Shown: positions 49,255 through 61,931 of the stretch, in pieces
Position numbering within the stretch: position 1 is the first letter of the stretch
Layout of the letters: every line of letters begins with the position of its first letter
Assembly: GCF_024521635.1 (NCBI RefSeq)
Contig: NW_026250411.1
Location: 992,001 to 1,056,000 of the forward strand
Length of the DNA stretch: 64,000 nt
Reading direction: 5' to 3'
DNA from: Tricharina praecox
Lineage: Eukaryota
Notes under the pieces: model-generated
The model's database searches: none
What the model was told of the DNA's origin: nothing
Seen by the model: the letters and a program-made list of their open reading frames with translations, nothing else
Translations under genes and position numbers: made by a program

Positions 49255-50993
49255 ATGGCTGCCCTCAATGCGAGCCCAGCGACGACAGTCGAGAAGCCGA
49301 CTGCTGAGATGAAAGAGCATTTCGATGTCCCCGAAGACCCCGATGCGGGACTCTCGGATGAGGAGCGGGAGGCTATTGTGTGTATATTCCGAGGATTCGT
49401 GGATGACTAGGTGCTAACTTCTGCATGTAGGATCGTGCCCTCGTGCGAAAACTCGACTGGAAGCTTATCCCGTGGCTCTGTATGTCTTACCTGTGGATGG
49501 ATGAACGAATGGAAGGGCCAATGAGTGCTGACTGCTGGATCCATAGGTCTGCTATACCTCGTATCCTTCCTCGACCGCACGAACATCGGAAACGCAAAGA
49601 TTGAAGGCCTGATCGAGGACCTGGGCATGACGAATACTCAGTACAATGCGTGTCTCACCATCTTCTTCGTCAGCTACTCGGTATTCGAGCCACTGTCGAA
49701 CATCCTCCTGAAGTGGATGAAGCCGAGAATTTACATCCCCGTGATCATGTTGGCTTGGGGACTTTGCATGACTTGTATGCTTCTCACTTCCCGCATTGTA
49801 TCGCAAAAGTACATGGCTGACAGTTCGCAGTTATGGGTCTCTGCCACAACTACAACGGCCTGATGGCGGCCCGCTGGTTCCTGGGTTTGACCGAAGCCGG
49901 TCTCTTCCCCGGTGTAAACTACTACCTTAGTTGTTGGTTCAAGCGCAGAGAATTCGGAATTCGCGCCGCCATCTTCTTTTCCGCTGCGGCCGTCAGCGGT
50001 AGTTTCGGTGGACTCCTCGCCGCCGCCATCTCACGCATGGACGGCATCTCCGGTCTGCACGGGTGGCAATGGATCTTCATCCTCGAGGGTATTGCCACTT
50101 TCGTCATCGGCATCGCCTCCTTCTGGATGGTCCACGACTTCCCCGACGACGCCAAGTTCCTCACCCCCCTCGAGCGTGCCCGCGTGCTGCGGCGTCTCGC
50201 CGAGGACGGCCAGGCCTCGTCCTCGCACGAGGACATCAAGTCCGTATACGTCTGGCAGAGTCTGAAGGACTGGAAGACCTGGGTGGGCGCACTGATCTAC
50301 ATGGGAGTCGCCGGCTCTCTCTACGCCTTCTCCCTGTTCCTCCCGACCATTATCAAAGAGCTCGGCTATAGCAGCACCACCGCGCAGCTCCTCAGTGTGC
50401 CGCCATACGCGCTCGCCTGCGTGCTCACCATCCTCGTAGGATGGTTCGCCGATCGGGCCGGCCAGCGCGGGCTCTTCAACATCTTCATCTCGCTGCTCGG
50501 GGTCCTCGGCTTCGCGATCCTCCTCGGCTCGAACTCGCCCACGCTCAGCTACATCGCCACGTTCCTCGCCGCGCTCGGTATCTACCCGTGCATCTCCAAC
50601 ACCATCACCTGGGTCTCCAACAACGTCGAGGGCGTGTACAAGCGCGGCACCACCATCGGCATCGTCATCGGCTGGGGAAACCTCAACGGCATCATGGGCA
50701 GCAACGTCTACCGCGCAAAGGACGCCCCGCATTACAGGCTCGGCCATGCTGTCGTCCTCGGATACCTCACTATCGGATTGTTTGGTGGGTCGGTCCTCAA
50801 CTACTTCCTGCTCCGTAGGGAGAATGAGAAGCGCCGTACTGGCGAGCGCGATGTCTGGATCGAGGGCCTCTCGCGCAAGGAGATTGAGGGGTTGGGTGAT
50901 AAACGGTTGGTTCCCCTACACTGCTTCTTTATTATTCTATCCACCTTGCTAATAATATACCTTCACAGACCCGACTTTTTGTACACCTTGTAG
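49255..50993 (+). CDS. MFS anion:cation symporter (TNA1/Dal5 nicotinate-allantoate permease family), about 5 exons
   Basis: DRALVRKLDWKLIPW, SFLDRTNIGNAK, RWFLGLTEAGLFPG, AVSGSFGGLLAAAI, GWQWIFILEG, AQLLSVPPY and C-terminal GDKRPDFLYTL*. The substrate cannot be determined from sequence. Confidence 0.92.
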
Positions 50994-51512
50994 TACCTAC
51001 CTGCCCTTCGGTGATGGATGTACCTAGGCGTGCTGGACGGGGACGACGATGTTGATGACGTGACGATGTGGGATACCTATTTCTGTTCAATTTTGTACCT
51101 AGGAGTTTTCAATTTTTTGCTGTATATATCACTTGTATGAATCTATGATGATAGAATCTACCAAACACACCCCGTAATCCTGTTCGTGCAGTGTGCGTAC
51201 GAGTAGTTGTAGTCGAGTGAGAGCATAGAATCTCGAGTGAAAAAGCACCTACACCACAGGTCCACAGCAGCTCTAAAAGTTCCGGCAGAGTATTTACCCA
51301 GGTACCTGCCACCGAGCGAAACTCCTCGAAAGCCTGCTGTACCAGAGCACCGTACCAGAGCAGAGTAGGTACTGCAGTATAGAGTACCTAGTATGTATGG
51401 TAAACGACGATACCTACCCTCAAGCACGACGATCGGAAGTAATCATTAGGTAGAGTGGCGGAGAGTGAGTGGACCAAAGCCATCCCATTGAGTGTTTACT
51501 CGCTTTCTCGCT

Positions 51513-51729
51513 CGCTTGCTTGCTTGCTTGTCTGTTTGCTTGCTTGCTTGCTTGCTTGCTTGTCTGCTTGTCTGCTTGTCTGCTTGTCTGCTTGTCTGCT
51601 TGTCTGCTTGTCTGCTTGTCTGCTTGTCTGCTTGTCTGCTTGTCTGCTTGTCTGAACGTCTAACGGTCTGAACGTCTATCTAACGGTCTGAACGTCTATC
51701 TAACGGTCTGAACGTCTAACCGTCTGAAC
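51513..51729. repeat. Compound repeat (GCTT)n -> (GTCTGCTT)n -> 16/20-bp GTCTGAACGTCTA(TCTA)ACG units
   Basis: Read directly. Confidence 0.93.
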
Positions 51730-52391
51730 AAATACGAACCCACAACCTCCCCGCAAGTACATGACCCTACTATGTGTCTAGGAGAGCATCGAAATAGGCA
51801 TGATTGTGCTGTGGTGCTGCGTGCTGCTGTGGTGGGCATTGGTAACGTCTTCACAAACTCAGAGTGCCAACTTCCAAGCAAGCTCTTTCACTCACTCGAA
51901 ATGTCACACTCTCGTTCGACTGGCTGGGTGTAACTATTGGACAAAAACGGTGGTATGTATTTGACAGATTTCCGATGTATTCACTGTTCAGCATCAACGC
52001 CGTAAACCCATCTGCATGCGGGAATGGATTTGGCAAGAAAAGGTTGCCGACTGGTGACTGGTGAGGATTCATGATTGTAGGGACTTGGGATGTCAGACAA
52101 GTAAGGTTCATTCCATCGAGTAGCACTCGCGGCTCATGTTGCCAGCTCACGCTGCTCAGCTGCTCAGATCAGCTGCAACAGCGTGCAAGACGGGACCTTG
52201 CATATCATCGCGGAACATGCAGGACAAGTACAAGTAAAATTCCCATTGTACACAGGTAGGTACTGAGTAAGTACACACTTCAATCCCAACAGTCAACCTC
52301 TCCTGGGGTATCCCCCCCCCACCTCCCACTCCCATCCCTTCAAAGCATACTCCCTCCCCCCCTCCCTCCCCCCTCCCCTCTCCCCCTTCAC

Positions 52392-53237
52392 TCACGAAAC
52401 AGGCGCCCCCTTCGCCAGCTCCCTCTCGATCGCGCCAGCCAGACTCTCCGGCTTCGTGACGCTCGCCCAGCGCTCGACGACCTTCCCGTCCCGTCCGATC
52501 AGGAACTTCTCGTAGTTCCACTTTACGCGCTTCATGCCCAGCATCCCCGGCTTCTCGTTCTTGATGTGCTCCCACAGTGGGTCCGCCGCCTCCCCGTTCA
52601 CGTCCACTTTCTTCATCATGGTGAATTTTACGCCGTAGTTGGTTTGGCAGAACTGTTGGGGTGTCAGCGCGGAATTAGCCTGGGTGTTGGAGATGCGTGC
52701 AGATTGGTGAGGTGGGGGTGCGGATGGGGATGGAGATGGGGGGATGCAGGGTGGGGAAAGGACGGTGGTTATGGGGTACTCACGTTCTGAATATCCTCAT
52801 CAGTGCCCGGCTCCTGTCCGCCGAACTGGTTACACGGGAAACCGAGGATCTCGAGACCCTTGTCATGGTACTTCTGGTTAAGCTCCTCGAGGCCCTTGTA
52901 CTGCGGGGTGAAGCCGCACCTAATTCCCATCATTAGCATCCCACGATTGCCTATTGGAGGGTGGGGAGTGGGGAGTGGGGAGGACGCACTTGCTGGCGAC
53001 GTTGACGATCAGGACCACCTTACCCTTCAGCTGCGACATGGGCAGCGGCTCGCCCAGCTGCTTGGTGGCGGTGAAATCGTAGATTGTGCTGGCGGACGAC
53101 ATGGCTCGGGCTTGTTGTAGTGTTCGTGGTTTGAAGATTGTGGGGATGGTGGTGGTGGATGCTAGTATTGCCGCGGTGGTTCGTAAGGTGGTGGTGTTGT
53201 TTGTGGTGCGGCGAATGAGGAGGAGGGGGAGGGACAT
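52392..53237 (-). CDS. HYR1: Cys-type glutathione peroxidase-like thioredoxin peroxidase (HYR1/GPX3 family), 3 exons
   Basis: [18 protein letters not shown] (Cys encoded by TGC), [23 protein letters not shown] and [14 protein letters not shown]. Introns 52989-52920 and 52783-52653. Second in-frame ATG at 53102. Confidence 0.94.
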
Positions 53238-54843
53238 GGCGTGGTTTTATAGCTTCAGGCTTCAGCTGCTTGTTCTTGTTCTTCTTCTTCTTTCGTTCTG
53301 CGTGGTGACCGGGGCGGCGAGGCGAGGCGAGGCGAGGGCAGCGTCCGAGTCCGACACATGTGTCAGTGAGGCGGTCGGTCGGTCGGGACGGCCCACATGA
53401 CGTCGTTGTGTTCCACTCGAGGAGCCAGAGGGATTGACGGGATTTACCGCGCGGACCTCTCACCGCGAATTGAAGGAAGGGACCCCCCCACCCCCCACCC
53501 CTGGAACATCATAGCCGAGTCGAGGCAAGGACACGGAGAAAGGATCCAGGCTCCAGCAGCAACAAGCGACGGAGGAAAGAACACATCTAGAAGTCCCCCA
53601 GCTGCGGAATGACAAATAACGCTTCCGCATATCAGATCAGCACCGGTAGGTAGCTACTATATCGCGGGTGCTTCCCTGAAGGCCGCAGAACCGGTACCGT
53701 GCAAGGGGTCTGTCTGTATGTGCGGTGTATATAGGTAGAAACATTCTCCGAGCCATAGGTCCAGAGTTAGGAACGGAACTCCGCTGTCGATTCCGCGGCC
53801 TTCTAGAGACGACCAGGCGACCAGTGGGGTGCATACCAACCTACGGGCTCACATGTCAACCCTGGAAAGGAGGGGAAGGGAAACAACCGAATGCCTACGG
53901 TTCTGGAATGGAACTGACAAAACGTGGAAATCTAGAATCGCGGGATTCGGAGCGAGGGTGGTCCGGTCCGATGGAAGCGAGAGCGGGCTGGACGCCGTGT
54001 GTATTGTACATAACTAGTGGAGTGGAGTGGAGTGATGGCGAGGACGGGGTAGGTACGGTATTTGGAAGGGCCCAGATGGATGAAGCGGCATTGTTGGAGG
54101 GGGAAGTGGGTGGACGGGGGGTATGTACTTGGGCACTTATATAAGTACGACTGCTCTCCCCATAAGAAAACAGAACAGAAGGATTCTATCTCCAGCTTGA
54201 TGTAGAATGGAGTATCTACGTATCACAGGTAGTGGTGTCGATTGTCAGTATGCTATGAGCTTACGGGTGGTGGTGATTCGTGGGCTTCATATGAAAGCTA
54301 GGAATGGGATGGGGCTGATGAATCATGAATACCGACCCGCCTACGGTATGGCCAGAGCTGGCAGACTCGGGACGTGCATATTGAGACGATCACACGCCAT
54401 CACGGCATCACACAAGTCGCAAGATGCAGTACAAAGCATGTACAGTAGGCAAGCGCCAATGCCAATCCATCATGTAGATACACTATATAGCACCCTCCGA
54501 GATCCAGCGCGCCATCCGCCAACTCCCTCCCCCACAGTGAGTACCAGTATATACCACACGTAAAGAGGTGCATCCGTCCGTCCATCCCCTCAAGTTCAGC
54601 ACACGCAGTCATTTTGAACGTGAAAACAAGCCCGAAAACAAGAACAAAAGCAATTACAGCGCACCACACCAGCAGTATTATCTCATGAGTAGTCACTTAA
54701 AAGGCAGAGCAAACCAACGGGAAGAAAAAAAACAGAGACCCTAGTATTGAGCAGCAGAAACATAACCATCCTCCCCCTACTAACAAGAAAGCAAGCACAT
54801 CAAGACGTAGAGGCAAAGGGAAGAAGAGCTAATTCGCTCAAGT

Positions 54844-57140
54844 CTACTCTCCATTCTTACCGGCGGTCTGGGCCAGCTGCTTCTGAGCAACCAACGCACC
54901 CATCTTGTGGTGATATCCCGGCGCAGGGTTGAACTTGCGGACCGTGCGGATCTCGTCGGCCGAGTATCCGGGGATCCTGATGTTCCAGTTGCGTTCCAGA
55001 ATGATCTGGATGTCCTTGATGTCGAGCGTGTCCGAGCCACGGAGCTTAGCCAGCTTGCAGGCGGTCGTGGAGATCGTATCGATAAACTCGTCAACGAGCT
55101 CCAGGATCGACTGGTTGTCCACTGGGTTAGCAGATGTGGAAAGGAAAGGTGGGGGAGGTGCTTGCTTACCTCTTCAACATCGGGGTCGAGTTTCTCCTCC
55201 GGGTCGATCTGCTTGACGAGTTCCTCGAGCTTGCGCTTGCTCAACAGACCCATACCACCTTCATCGAATTCGAATGCGGGCTGCTTGATGATGGCTGGGG
55301 TGCCGAGGACCGAGTTGGCCGGGGTGTTGGCACCACCGGTAAGGGACGGCCGGCCCGCGGGGATCGACACCGGAACCGGCTGAGGAATCGCGAGATTCTG
55401 GGGGATCGGCATGCGCTGGGGTTGAGCGTTTTCACGCTGGGCAGCAGCTTGAGGAGTTGGGGGCATCTGGTTAGGAGGGATGAGACGTTGTTGTTGCTGC
55501 TGTTGCTGTTGCTGTGGATGGGGTTGCTGCTGTTGCTGTGGATGGGGTTGCTGTCCCGGTTGCTGTGGGAGCTGTGGGGCTTGGCCCTGTGCCGGCGCAC
55601 CAGTTGCGGTTTGCGGTCTAGCGGTCTGCTGCGATTGCGCAGAACCAGGTCTCGGCGCGGGCGAGTTTGGACCCGCCGCCATGGGTGTTCCAGCATTCGT
55701 CGGGGCAGGAGATCGTCCCATCACTTGGGCCTGGGCTTGCTGCTGCTGCTGCTGAGCCTGTTGTTGAATCATGTTCTGAGGTACCCTGGGAACTTGCTGC
55801 TGCGGGTTCTGGGCCTGTTGCTGTTGCTGGGGATTCTGTAGCTGCATGTTTGACTGGTTTGGTGACATTGCAGCTTGGTGTTGAATCGCGGCTTGCTGCC
55901 TTGCCTGATTCATCGATGTCACGTGACTGTTGACATTTGCAGGGGACCCTACATGCGTCTGGTCGACCGGCGTGGAAACCCTCTGGACAGGAGTGCCCTG
56001 CGGCTGTTGCTGCTGAGTCATTTGCTGTGGTTGCTGTTGGGGCTGTTGAGGCTGCTGCATCTGTGGAGGAGCGGGAGGTAGCGGCTGCTGTTGCATCGGC
56101 GTGCCTTGTGGTGGCTGCTGTGGTGGACGTGCTTGCATGTTTTGCGGTTGTGGTTGCTGTTGGTGAACGACACCAGCAGGCGCCATGCCGGGCTGTTGGG
56201 GGTGATGGGTCTGCTGCGGCTGCATGGGTCGAGGCTGTTGCGTTTGCATCTGTTGCTGCTGCTGCTGCTGCTGCGGGCCACCGCCGGGATGGATTGGTGC
56301 TCCACCCGGGAGCTGTGGCTGCTGTGGCTGCTGACCCTGTTGCAGTTGCTGCTGCTGTTTCTGCGCTTGCATCTGCTTCTGGGAATGGTAAAAGTTTCCA
56401 AGTATCTCCTTGCATTGCGCAAAGTTCGCCTGGGCCTCTTGCAGCTTCTTGCGGATTTCTGCCTCAGCCTCTGCCGTGTGTCCTCCCCTCTCCAGCGCTG
56501 CAAGTTGCTCTTGAACCTGCGCTTTGGCAGCAGCTAGCTTATGTCCGAGTCCGGTGAGCTTGGTACCGATGTCGGCCTTCCACTGTTCGGCCGCCTGTGG
56601 GGTCAGCCCCGCTGGAGGGATCCATCGCGACGCCGCCGTAGGTGCCATTATGTTGTTCGCCGAGCCAGTTGGAGCGGCTGGGGTGGGTACAGCAGCACCG
56701 ACACCAGGGACACCCGCGACAGCACCCGAGGGAACGACGCCACCACCACCACCACCACCCATCGTCGCAGCCGCGGCCGCCGCGGCCGCCGCCTGCTGCA
56801 TTTGAAGCTGCTGCTGCTGCTGTCGCTGCGCGACCTGTCCGCGTAGGTGAGTCAATATCTTATCGATCTTCGCCTGAGCGACCTGTCCTTCCGGCGAGCT
56901 GATCCCCTTATTCTCGACGATCTGCCGTAAACTCTCGATTCCGCCGAGATATTTGCGCTTAGTTTCGGCGGGCCATCCGGGGAACGCCATGATGGTGTCG
57001 GTGATCTCCTGCTGCACGAGCGGCCGGCGCGTGGGCGGGACGGACGCCATCGTCGTCTCGTCGATCTTGAGGTGCTTGGGCGCCGGTGAGCTTTCGGGAT
57101 TTTGGTCTGTGGGTTTCCGCTTGTTGCCGTTGGTCGACAT
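54844..57140 (-). CDS. TAF12: TFIID/SAGA subunit TAF12 with long Gln/Pro-rich N-terminus
   Basis: C-terminal histone fold LLSKRKLEELVKQIDPEEKLDPDVEE|SILELVDEFIDTISTTACKLAKLRGSDTLDIKDIQIILERNWNIRIPGY. Intron 55169-55111. Confidence 0.94.
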
Positions 57141-57840
57141 CAAAATGTGATCGGCCGACTGCTGCTGCTGCTCTACGATGCGTGCGTGCAAAGCTTTATA
57201 CGATAAAATGGGTTCGCTTTCCCCGCCTTCTTCCGAGAGAGGCGCCGCGTTGAGTCACTCGCGTAGGTTTCCGGTGTGTGCGCTGCGACGGGAAGTTGAG
57301 AGGAGGGTGGGTTCGCGGTATGAGTCGAGTGCGATAAGAGTGTTATTATACGAGCGCGAGAAGAGTGAGTGGGGAATTCAGTCGGAAAGCGGCAATTTTG
57401 GATGTCTCCGGACGTGGTGGACAGAGGTTGCTCAGCTCGACGTTGTTGTTGTTGTTGTTGTAGTAGTAGTATGTAGTAGTAGTGGAGAGGTGAAGTGAAG
57501 TGCGCCGTTGACCTTTGGGTTCGGCAATGCGCGACCGATGCGACAACACAAAAAATGAATCAATACGGAATTCTCTAAAAGCTATATGGCCAAAGACAGA
57601 TATAAAAAAGACTCCGCACGGTTTGTGGCAGCGATTTTACATCGTGTTGTGGTCTCGATGAATGGCGGCTCTTAGTAGGGACATTCCCAGCGAACACAGG
57701 TTGAATGTGGACACCGAACACCTACAAAGCACCAGTAGAGCTACATCCTAATCCAACAACCGCTTATTCCAGGAAGCCGCATAAACATCCTTCAATCCTT
57801 CAATTCTTCACAAAAACCTACATCACATACCTCCGCGCCA

Positions 57841-59013
57841 ATGGATCCATTCTCATCTGAAGGAGGTAACTTGTTTGCCCCTAAAGTTCTGTCTTGTTGC
57901 GGTGTCAGGTTGCCCCACTAACACGCACCCACCCACCACCGGCTAGAGCTCCTAAACATCCACAATGCCTTCCACCAAGGCCAATACTCGTCGGTAGTAT
58001 CGCAAAGCACATCGAGCCTGTCGCCCGAAAACCAGCTCCGTGCAAAAGTCTACATCCTGCGTGCGCGCATCGCCAACGGCGAGGCAGCGGACGTGATCGG
58101 CGAGCTTGGAGGCGCCGACGAGCCCGACCTCAAAGCTGTCAAGGCTTTTGCCGAGTACACAACTGGAAACACCGAGTCGGCGGTTGCCGAGATCGATGCG
58201 CTTGTTGCCGCGTCTTCGGATAATAGGACGGTGCAGGTGCTGGGAGCTACGGTGTTGCATTTGGAGGGGAGGAGTGATGATGCTCTCGGCTTGTTGAGCA
58301 AGCATGAGGGCAACTTGGAAGCGTAAGTCCGAACCGTGGGGAGCGACGATATGGCACCGCTGACGGACTTGCGGGCTCATAGTTTGGCTCTGACAGTACA
58401 GATCCGTTTGGCCCTGAACCGGACAGATTTGGCTGTGAAGGAGGTACAGTCGGCCAAGAAGTGGGCGCAGGACAGCTTGCTTGTTAATCTGGCCGAGTCG
58501 TGGGTTGGGCTGCGAATCGTAAGCTTCTTGGGTCGCGAAGTTGAAGGTATCGTACTGACGATGTATGCGTAGGGTGGTGACAAGTACCAACAGTCGTACT
58601 ACGTTTACGAAGAACTCGCACAGGCACCGATCTCCTCGTCGCCGCAGACGTTGGTCGGTCAGGCAGTGGCCGAGCTACACCTGGGCCGCCTGGAGGAGGC
58701 AGAAGTCGCTCTTCAACAGGCCCTCGAGAAGAACCCGAACCACACGGAAGCTCTCGCCAACTCGATCGTGCTCTCGGTCCTCGCAGGCAAAGACTTTGCG
58801 GACTATCTCAAGTATGCGCATATATTCCCTCCACGGGCGGGGATGCGGGGCAGCATCCCGAGAGGCTGGACCGGATAAGGCTGACTGCTTCTGCTTCACA
58901 CTAGGACCCTACAGACTGCTGCGCCCTCTCACATCTTCCTGACCGATCTCGAGCAAAAGAGCGAATTGTTCGACAGGGCGGCCGCGAAATATACCGCCAG
59001 GGTGGGTGCATAA
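57841..59013 (+). CDS. SEC28: Coatomer subunit epsilon, about 5 exons
   Basis: MDPFSSEG|ELLNIHNAFHQGQY, VQIRLALNRTDLAVKEVQSAKKWAQDSLLVNLAESWVGLR, GGDKYQQSYYVYEELAQ and LHLGRLEEAEVALQQAL. Ends FDRAAAKYTARVGA*. Confidence 0.93.
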
Positions 59014-59392
59014 TCATGTCACTTTAGATGTTTGGGCCAGGCGGAGTAGGTGAATCGAATGCATACCTACATATTCGCAGATAGAGGGAAATACTTAATC
59101 CATGCTCGATCTGCTTACTTCAACGCATCTGAACGCGTCGATGACTATTCCCCATACCCATGAGATATCGATCTGGCGGTGAGACGTGAGGGAATTTGAG
59201 TATGACTATGCGCCACAATATTAGCCGCGACTTCTGTAACAACGTGCAAGCCCTGCCGTCACATCGCAAGGGAAGTTGATGGATGACGATTCGCACGGAC
59301 CCAAGCCCACGCATCGAAATGTTCCTGGCCCTGCCTTGTTTCACAGGTTATTGAGTCTTGAGGGATTAGGATTCCGGGCTGGCCGGGACTGG

Positions 59393-59402
59393 TTGACGTC
59401 AA
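59393..59402. promoter_or_regulatory. Perfect CRE palindrome TTGACGTCAA upstream of the HAD phosphatase
   Basis: Seen directly, ~1.3 kb upstream of ATG 60674. Function is inferred. Confidence 0.35.
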
Positions 59403-60673
59403 TCCTCGCCGCCTAGTGCGGCGGGCGCCGTTGGAACGGGCTTGACCCGATGTGACGGTGCTAACCAAACCAGCCACACCGCGTAATTCGCGCCTCCGCA
59501 CTGCACATACAGAGTGGTTGCCGTGGCAAGATTGCGGACCGTCGGGCGTGCGAGGAATCGACGTCAGTCGGTCCTGACCGCGTAGATGGCCAACCCAAAG
59601 TGGACGGAAACGTGGGTCTTCTTGTGGTGACCTGGTCTCCAAATGCAGTGGCTACTTTTGGGCCAGTCGGCTGCCCGCGATGAAGCGTACTCTACTCTTC
59701 GGTAGTGTGCACTAACCACTCTGCGGCCGGATCGTTATCACGGGGATGAGAGACCACCCAGGAAGATAAAGGCCCTGAGTGAGGATCGATGAAGCTCGCC
59801 AAGCACGGGGCCTTATGTCAGCGCCAGGGGTAAAAAGAGTTTTCTGCTGGCCAGTCAGAGTGGCCGCCATCATAGTTATCGGCTCTCTTCCAGATCGAGC
59901 GGGATTTTGACATGACCTGCGGGCAATCCGCTTCGGCCTGTCTGTCTGGCTGGCTGGCTGGCTGCTGGCTGGCTGCTGGCTTTCGATGCGCGGCCAGCTT
60001 CAATTCCAATCGCATACATATCATACATGGAGCACTAGCAGCTGGTAGTAAGCCGATTCAGAAATGTCCCCATAAGGCAAGGACTACCCTAATCAATCAA
60101 ATCACCCATGGCCACCTTATCAGGTCTCTACTCTAACCTCCGCCCCGCTTCACCTTCCCTCCTAGAAGACACACAGCAGCAAGCAGCAGCAGCTGTGAGT
60201 GCTCACCGTTTGTGCCTAGACAAGCCGAGAGATCTCGCCGGCGACGGTGATCCGGTGGCACACGGCGGCCAACCGATATGTCTTAGCTTGCGTCTCGTCA
60301 CTGGTGCTGCCCCTCCATCCATCCATCCCGGCCGCCGCTTTAAAAAAGACACTTCCCATAACGATGCCAGTGCGTTTAAAGAGAAGCCACCAAGCCCTCC
60401 TCCCCTCACCACCTCTCCTTCCCCCCCGCTTCCTTCCTTTCCATTCCAGCTCCTTCAGTATCCGTCTCTCTGGCTTTCTGGCTTGCTTGCTCTCAGCTTC
60501 GAATCCCTCTTAGCGCGGAATTCGCCCCTCCTCCCTCCACCCTCCATCTACAGTACCCCATTCTCTCTCAGGTACCTTGATTGAAGCTCTCCTCGCTGCG
60601 TTCTGTATCCCTCTCTCCTCTGCATCTCCTTGCCACCTGGCGTCGATAGAGACTCCACGTTGCTACACACACA

Positions 60674-61931
60674 ATGGCTCCTCACGTCCTCAGCTCCGAC
60701 CCTGCCGGAGCCGCCCCCGAGCTAGAGAGGGCGAAGCCGAACCTTGGAGGTGCCACACCTCAGGACCTCCGGATACCGATCAAGAGCAGCGAGAGCAGCG
60801 ATGACCTTGCCGGCTTGTCGAAGCGTGACATTATCATCTTCTCCGGTACTATCCCTCTAGCCAAACTCCCCCCTCCTAAGATCTCCTCTTTCTGGGGCAT
60901 GGTGCTGACCGATAAAAGATTTCGATGGCACAATCTTCATGCAGGACACCGGACACATTCTCTTCGACGCTCACGGATGCGGAGCCGATCGTCGAGAAGA
61001 GCTGGACGAGCAGATCCGCATGGGCGTGAGGTCGTTCCGTGACGTCTCGGAGGAGATGTGGGGTAGTCTCAACGTTCCGTTCGAGAACGGCTTCGAGGTG
61101 ATGAAGGAAGCTCTCAAGATTGACCCGCACTTCCTCGAGTTCCACGACTTCTGCATCAAGAATAACATCCCCTTCAACGTTATCTCGGCCGGACTTAAGC
61201 CCATCTTGAGACGTGTGCTGGACGAGTTCCTGGGAAAGAAGCAGGTATGTCGGAGCTTGTGTTGCATTTGCCCGTTGATTTTTCCGGCTGACAGGTGCAT
61301 TGCTAGTCTAAACATATCGATATCATTGCCAACGACGCAATCATCCCCGAGGACGGTAAATCGTGGAAGCCCATCTGGCGCCACGAGACGCCACTCGGTC
61401 ACGACAAGGCCGCTTCGATTCAGGAGTACCGCACCATCGCCTCGTCCGAGAGCGAAGACGGCTCCGTGCCCCTCGTTGTATTTGTCGGAGACGGTGTTTC
61501 GGATCTTGCCGCCGCACGTGAGGCCGATGTCCTGTTTGCTAGGAGAGGTCTCAGGCTCGAAGAGTACTGCAGGACTTGCAAGATCCCGCACATCTCTTTC
61601 GACACGTTCAGGGACATTCAGACGGAGATCATCAGGATCATGAAGGAGGACACAAAGAAGACTGCCGGTGCCGGAAAACCCACGCACTACAATCCTCGGG
61701 CAAACTTCTGGAGGAAGGCCGTCAAGAAGAAGAACGTATGCTAACTCCCCACTTCCGTCCTTTACGAGTAATGTGCAGGACTGATGTGTATCACTCATGC
61801 AGATTCCCCGTTTCGTCAAGAACTCTACACAACAGGACAAGATGCACCTCTGGCCCGAGACATTTACGGTCACGGCCGAGCAGCAGCAGCAGCAGGGCGA
61901 AAGCTCGGGTTTTGCAGACCAACAGTCGTAA
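60674..61931 (+). CDS. HAD-superfamily phosphatase (MtnX/PYP1-like, probably the Neurospora cut-1 type), 4 exons
   Basis: IIFS|DFDGTIFMQDTG (motif I), VISAGLKP, GHDKA and VFVGDGVSDLAAAREADVLFAR (motif IV). Last exon 61803-61931. The cut-1 assignment is from recollection. Confidence 0.9.

Noticed and set aside
52910..52995. Possible selenocysteine in the glutathione peroxidase
   Set aside because: After splicing, the active-site codon is TGC (K-C-G-F-T-P-Q); there is no in-frame TGA.
54400..54696. Small ORF with a hydrophobic N-terminus
   Set aside because: It has a GTG start and lies in the expected T-rich TAF12 3' UTR.
61736..61744. Intron-retained HAD phosphatase ending KKKNVC* as a prenylation signal
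   Set aside because: The Cys is terminal and does not fit CaaX, CC or CXC motifs.
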